From an uncultured Chthonomonadaceae bacterium (GTDB taxonomy: Bacteria > Armatimonadota > Chthonomonadetes > Chthonomonadales > Chthonomonadaceae): DNA of 64,000 nt. Below, in pieces: positions 60,330 through 64,000 of this stretch (within the stretch, counting starts at the first letter, position 1; every line of letters starts with the position of its first letter). The stretch covers positions 640,001 to 704,000 of the forward strand of contig CAWIEK010000049.1 in NCBI GenBank assembly GCA_963835065.1. The letters are read 5' to 3'. The position numbers were made by a program, and so were the translations under genes. The notes beneath the pieces are model-generated. The model saw only the letters and a program-made list of their open reading frames with translations, made no database searches and was not told the origin of the DNA.

Positions 60330-60917
60330 ATGACTGCTGTGACGACAGCCTTTTCGCCGTCCCAAATCTTGACGTATGAGTCCTACATGGCGGAAGAAAC
60401 CGACATGCGGCGTTATGACATTCTTGACGGAAAGAAAGTTTGTATGCCCGGAGTAACCGACGACCATCAGGATTATCAAGGCAATCTGTTTGCCTTATTA
60501 CGTACTTTCGAGCAACAGTACAGGCTAGGCAAGGCGCGAATGGCTCCGCGCGACGTTCTGATAACCCGTGTTCCGTTGCGGACACGCCAGCCGGATGTGT
60601 TTTTCATCAGCAATGAACGCCGCGCCCTTAATCCTGCATCCAACGACCCGGCTCCAATGACTGCCGCGCCGGAACTCGTAGTCGAAGTCATCTCCGACAG
60701 TGAAACGCAGTCCCGCTTCACCGCGAAGATAACCGATTATTGCGATGTAAACGTAAGGGAATGTTGGAAAGTCATGCCCGACACGCAAACGGTGGAAGTG
60801 CTGCGCCTGTCTTGCAATGGGGCAGAGTCGGTTCGAGTTTACGGCAGGGGCGAATCCGTTCAATCTATCATTTTTCCCAGCTTGAATGTCACCGTCGAAG
60901 CCATCTTCGCCAATTAA
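60330..60917 (+). CDS. Uma2 family endonuclease
   Basis: RQPDVFFIS, APELVVEVIS, V.ECW. Confidence 0.88.
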   Translation: MTAVTTAFSPSQILTYESYMAEETDMRRYDILDGKKVCMPGVTDDHQDYQGNLFALLRTFEQQYRLGKARMAPRDVLITRVPLRTRQPDVFFISNERRALNPASNDPAPMTAAPELVVEVISDSETQSRFTAKITDYCDVNVRECWKVMPDTQTVEVLRLSCNGAESVRVYGRGESVQSIIFPSLNVTVEAIFAN

Positions 60918-60931
60918 CGCGCCGATTGCTG

Positions 60932-60961
60932 TTGACAATGCCGTACAGTGTGTGCTAAACT
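60932..60961 (+). promoter_or_regulatory. pyr operon promoter
   Basis: TTGACA-18 bp-TAAACT with extended TG. Confidence 0.6.
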
Positions 60962-60989
60962 CATCGTAAGATTAAAGATTTTGAAACAC

Positions 60990-61028
60990 GTCCTTTTAAG
61001 TTGGTCCGGTGAGGCTGGCAAAGGGCAG
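60990..61028 (+). ncRNA. PyrR binding loop (cis-regulatory RNA)
   Basis: CCTTTTAAGTTGGTCCGGTGAGGCTGGCAAAGG matches the UCCNGNGAGGYU consensus, directly upstream of pyrR. Confidence 0.85.
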
Positions 61029-61191
61029 TAACAGGGAATTTAGCAGTAGCAGGTCGCGCTTTCCGCACGTTTGCCTGCTGTCACATTCCTGATGTACGCC
61101 TCCGCCAGTCGGCACACATGTGCTGTGGGGAGGCGTTTTTGGCATATACGGTCTATTCGTTTTCAGGCTCGTGGGCCGCAGGAGTACGCGC

Positions 61192-61770
61192 ATGACTCAG
61201 TCAGGAACAGAAGCAGCCCCTTCCACATGGCAAAGCGTCAGCGTGATGGAGTCGGAAGACATACGCCGCGCCCTGACGCGCATCGCGCATGAGATTGTGG
61301 AAAAAAATCAGGGTGCGCAGAATCTGGCGCTGGTCGGCATCCTGACACGCGGCGTTCCGCTGGCCCTTCGCTTATCCGCGCTGTTGCGCCAGATTGAAAA
61401 TGTAGAAGTTCCTGTCGGAAAGCTGGACATAGGCATGTACCGCGACGATTACGGCAGCCGCGCTGCCGGACACGCGCCGCTTACGCCCACCGCCATTCCT
61501 TTTGATGTGACGGATAAGCGCATCGTGCTTGTGGACGATGTGCTGTTTACAGGGCGCAGCGTCCGCGCCGCCATTTCCGCGCTGCTGGATTTGGGCCGTC
61601 CCGCCAACATACAGCTTGCCGTCCTGCTGGACAGGGGCCACCGCGAACTGCCCATTCGCCCTGATTTCGTCGGCAAAAACGTTCCCACTGCCCTCCAAGA
61701 ACACGTGCAGGTAAAAGTGCGCGAAACAGACGGCGACGACGGCGTTCTGATACGCAAACCCGGTAATTGA
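61192..61770 (+). CDS. pyrR: Pyrimidine operon attenuation protein / UPRTase
   Basis: [42 protein letters not shown]. Confidence 0.97.
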   Translation: MTQSGTEAAPSTWQSVSVMESEDIRRALTRIAHEIVEKNQGAQNLALVGILTRGVPLALRLSALLRQIENVEVPVGKLDIGMYRDDYGSRAAGHAPLTPTAIPFDVTDKRIVLVDDVLFTGRSVRAAISALLDLGRPANIQLAVLLDRGHRELPIRPDFVGKNVPTALQEHVQVKVRETDGDDGVLIRKPGN

Positions 61771-61881
61771 CGATTTTCGATTTTCGATTGCCGATTGAAG
61801 TTTCCGCTTGTTCAACACGTACAAAGCAGGAACTATCAATCCCCAATCGAAAATCGAAAATCGAAAATCGAAAATCCTATG
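61768..61881. repeat. Inverted heptamer-array hairpin element (CGATTTT/AAAATCG) spanning pyrR stop to pyrB start
   Basis: TGAcgattttcgattttcgattg ... caatcgaaaatcgaaaatcgaaaatcgaaaatcctATG. Confidence 0.85.
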
Positions 61882-62817
61882 AGACATTTGCTCACGCTGC
61901 GCGAAACTTCCTCTGCCGATATACGCTACCTGCTGAATCAGGCGATTGCCTTTCAGGAGATACTGGCGCGTCCGGTCAAAAAAGTGCCTACTCTGCGCGG
62001 GCGGGCTATGATTACGCTGTTCTACGAGAACAGCACCCGTACGCGCACGAGTTTTGAAATGGCCGCCAAAATCATGTCGGCGGAAGCCATCAATATCGCG
62101 GTGGCGCAGTCCTCAGTTGCCAAGGGAGAAAGTCTCAAGGATACGCTGCTCACGCTTCAAGCGCTGAAAGCCGACTGCATTGTGATGCGCCATCCGGTTT
62201 CGGGAACGCCGCAGTTCGCCGCCGAGCATCTCAATATCCCGGTTATCAACGCGGGCGACGGGCGGCACGAACACCCCACGCAAGGCTTGCTCGACATGCT
62301 CACCATGCAGCAGCACAAGGGCGAGTTGGGCGGCCTGAACGTGGCAATTGTCGGCGACATTACGCACAGCCGGGTTGCCCGCTCCAATATCTGGGGACTA
62401 ACCAAAATGGGCGCGAACGTCCGCCTTGTCGGGCCGCGAACCCTCCTCCCGCCGGACGCCGAAAAACTGCCCGTACAGGTCTTTGACGATCTACGCGCCG
62501 GACTGGAAGGCGTGGACGTGGTAAATGTATTGCGCCTGCAAACCGAGCGGCAGGAGCGCGGATTGTTGCCAAGCCTGCGCGAATATAGCCGCTTGTTCGG
62601 TGTCACCACAAGCAGCCTGAAAGCCGCCAAGTCCGATGTCTTAGTTCTGCATCCCGGCCCCATGAACCGGGGCGTGGAAATATCCGCCGATGTTGCCGAC
62701 GGCGCGGGAGGCATCCGCAGCGCAATCGAAGAACAGGTGACAAACGGCGTCGCAGTCCGTATGGCAGTTCTGTACACGCTCATGGGCACACAAGGCACAA
62801 CGGGAGCGGATTCCTAA
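61879..62817 (+). CDS. pyrB: Aspartate carbamoyltransferase catalytic subunit
   Basis: FYENSTRTRTSFE, INAGDGRHEHPTQ, HPGPMNRG. Confidence 0.97.
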   Translation: MRHLLTLRETSSADIRYLLNQAIAFQEILARPVKKVPTLRGRAMITLFYENSTRTRTSFEMAAKIMSAEAINIAVAQSSVAKGESLKDTLLTLQALKADCIVMRHPVSGTPQFAAEHLNIPVINAGDGRHEHPTQGLLDMLTMQQHKGELGGLNVAIVGDITHSRVARSNIWGLTKMGANVRLVGPRTLLPPDAEKLPVQVFDDLRAGLEGVDVVNVLRLQTERQERGLLPSLREYSRLFGVTTSSLKAAKSDVLVLHPGPMNRGVEISADVADGAGGIRSAIEEQVTNGVAVRMAVLYTLMGTQGTTGADS

Positions 62818-62833
62818 TCAAGAGGAGAGTAGG

Positions 62834-63040
62834 ATGCAACTCAACATTGAAACCGAACAGGAAGAAGATGGACGCTGGATTGCAGCCGTTTTGGAACTAC
62901 CCGGCACGCAGGTGTACGGCTCCACTCGTGAACTCGCCATACGGAAGGTACAAGCGCTTGCCTTGCGCGTAATCGCAGAGCGTTTGGAGCATGGCGAACC
63001 GATCCCTGCGATGGTCGATGTATTTCAGGTAGCCGCATGA
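62834..63040 (+). CDS. hicB: HicB-family antitoxin (short)
   Basis: EQEEDGRWIA.V.ELPG...YG.T.E.A. Confidence 0.85.
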   Translation: MQLNIETEQEEDGRWIAAVLELPGTQVYGSTRELAIRKVQALALRVIAERLEHGEPIPAMVDVFQVAA

Positions 63041-63252
63041 GTCAATGGCCTTCTCGAAAAGCAAGTAAAGTATTGGCGGCGTTGAAGAAGATCGGCTGGA
63101 AAGTCAAGCGCGGAACAAGCGGTTCACACCGAACTTTAGAGCGCAAGGGATGGCCTGATTACGTTTTTGCCTTCCATGACGGTGATGAAATCGGCCCGCG
63201 CATGTTGGCGCGTATCGGAAAAGATACCGGGTTGACGCCCGCCGACCTATGA
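63037..63252 (+). CDS. hicA: HicA-family mRNA interferase toxin
   Basis: L.K.GW..KR..SGSH..L...FH..DEIGP.ML.RI.K.TGL. Confidence 0.88.
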   Translation: MSQWPSRKASKVLAALKKIGWKVKRGTSGSHRTLERKGWPDYVFAFHDGDEIGPRMLARIGKDTGLTPADL

Positions 63253-63292
63253 CCATAAGCGTTCATAAATCAACCGGCTCTACACAAAGGGA

Positions 63293-64000
63293 ATGTGCGT
63301 GAAAACAATAATTTCAGGTGGGCGCGTAATTGACCCGGCGCAGCAGATTGACCGCGTTGCCGATGTGCTGATTGACGGCGTGACTATTGCGGGCATTGTT
63401 GAGCCGGGGGCGGCGGGTTCGGAATACGATGATGCGGAACGGCTGGATGCGCGGGGCATGGTGGTCACGCCCGGCCTGATAGATATTCACGTCCATTTGC
63501 GCGAGCCGGGGCAGGAGTACAAGGAAGACATTGAAAGCGGGACGCGGGCGGCGGCGGCAGGCGGCTTTACCCGCGTGTGCTGTATGCCCAACACCAACCC
63601 GGCCATTGACACCGCTGCGGTTGTAAGGCAGATATTAGAGCGAACGGAGCAGGTTGGCAGCGCGAGAGTGCATCCCATCGGAGCCGCGACCCGCGCCATG
63701 CAGGGCGATCAGCTCACCGAAATGGCTGAACTGAAGGCGGCGGGAGCATGCGCTATTTCCGACGACGCTTTTCCCCTGCAAAACGCCGAAACCATGCGCC
63801 GCGCGATGGAATACTGCCGAATGCTTGGCCTGTGCCTGATGACGCACAACGAGGACAAGCAGCTTACCGAAAAAGGCGCGATGAACGAGGGCTATACGGC
63901 TACCGTTTTGGGCATCCCCGGAATGCCGCGCATTGCCGAAGACATTGCTGTTGCCCGTAACATCCTGCTGGCGCAGCTTACGGGCTGCCACCTGCACCTG
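63293..64000 (+). CDS. pyrC: Dihydroorotase (partial, runs off window)
   Basis: Translated by hand: GGRVIDP...[45 protein letters not shown]. Confidence 0.95.
   Translation, partial: MCVKTIISGGRVIDPAQQIDRVADVLIDGVTIAGIVEPGAAGSEYDDAERLDARGMVVTPGLIDIHVHLREPGQEYKEDIESGTRAAAAGGFTRVCCMPNTNPAIDTAAVVRQILERTEQVGSARVHPIGAATRAMQGDQLTEMAELKAAGACAISDDAFPLQNAETMRRAMEYCRMLGLCLMTHNEDKQLTEKGAMNEGYTATVLGIPGMPRIAEDIAVARNILLAQLTGCHLHL

Noticed and set aside
17664..61881. Heptamer hairpins as intrinsic terminators or mini-CRISPRs
   Set aside because: They lie inside co-transcribed operons, lack U-tracts, and have no repeat-spacer periodicity.
1..64000. tRNA, rRNA or transposase genes
   Set aside because: None recognised; no cloverleaf, rRNA signature or DDE/HUH ORF seen.

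Overview
GC-rich bacterial chromosomal window, probably Armatimonadota (inferred from gene content, not proven). Left part (1-25 kb): a DUF1552/DUF1592 pair, two paralogous Uma2 nucleases sharing a duplicated promoter, secreted proteins, a Septu-like ATPase+HNH defence pair, a presenilin/SPP-like membrane protein, an ANTAR regulator with a GAF kinase, and a general-stress cluster. Centre (25.5-38.4 kb, minus strand): the rpsN...secY-adk-map-infA-alpha-truA-rplM-rpsI ribosomal block, cut off upstream of rpsN (no rplE/rplX/rplN). In that position lies a type III-like CRISPR accessory locus: cas6, csx15, TM-CARF, cas2, a stand-alone reverse transcriptase, cas1, a leader and a 26-spacer array. It has no effector genes and several lesions. 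A solitary CRISPR-like repeat of a different family sits in the apparent leader of the ribosomal operon. Right part: PIN/HTH pair, sugar kinase and nucleotidyltransferase, HD hydrolase, nfo, moaDE, more Uma2 genes, and a PyrR-regulated pyrRBC operon interrupted by hicBA. About 15 hairpin elements of ~110-150 bp, built from inverted heptamer tandem arrays, fill intergenic gaps and often contain the flanking stop or start codons. Several single-base frameshifts in housekeeping genes suggest sequencing indel errors. All calls come from motif recognition by eye; no database searches were run.
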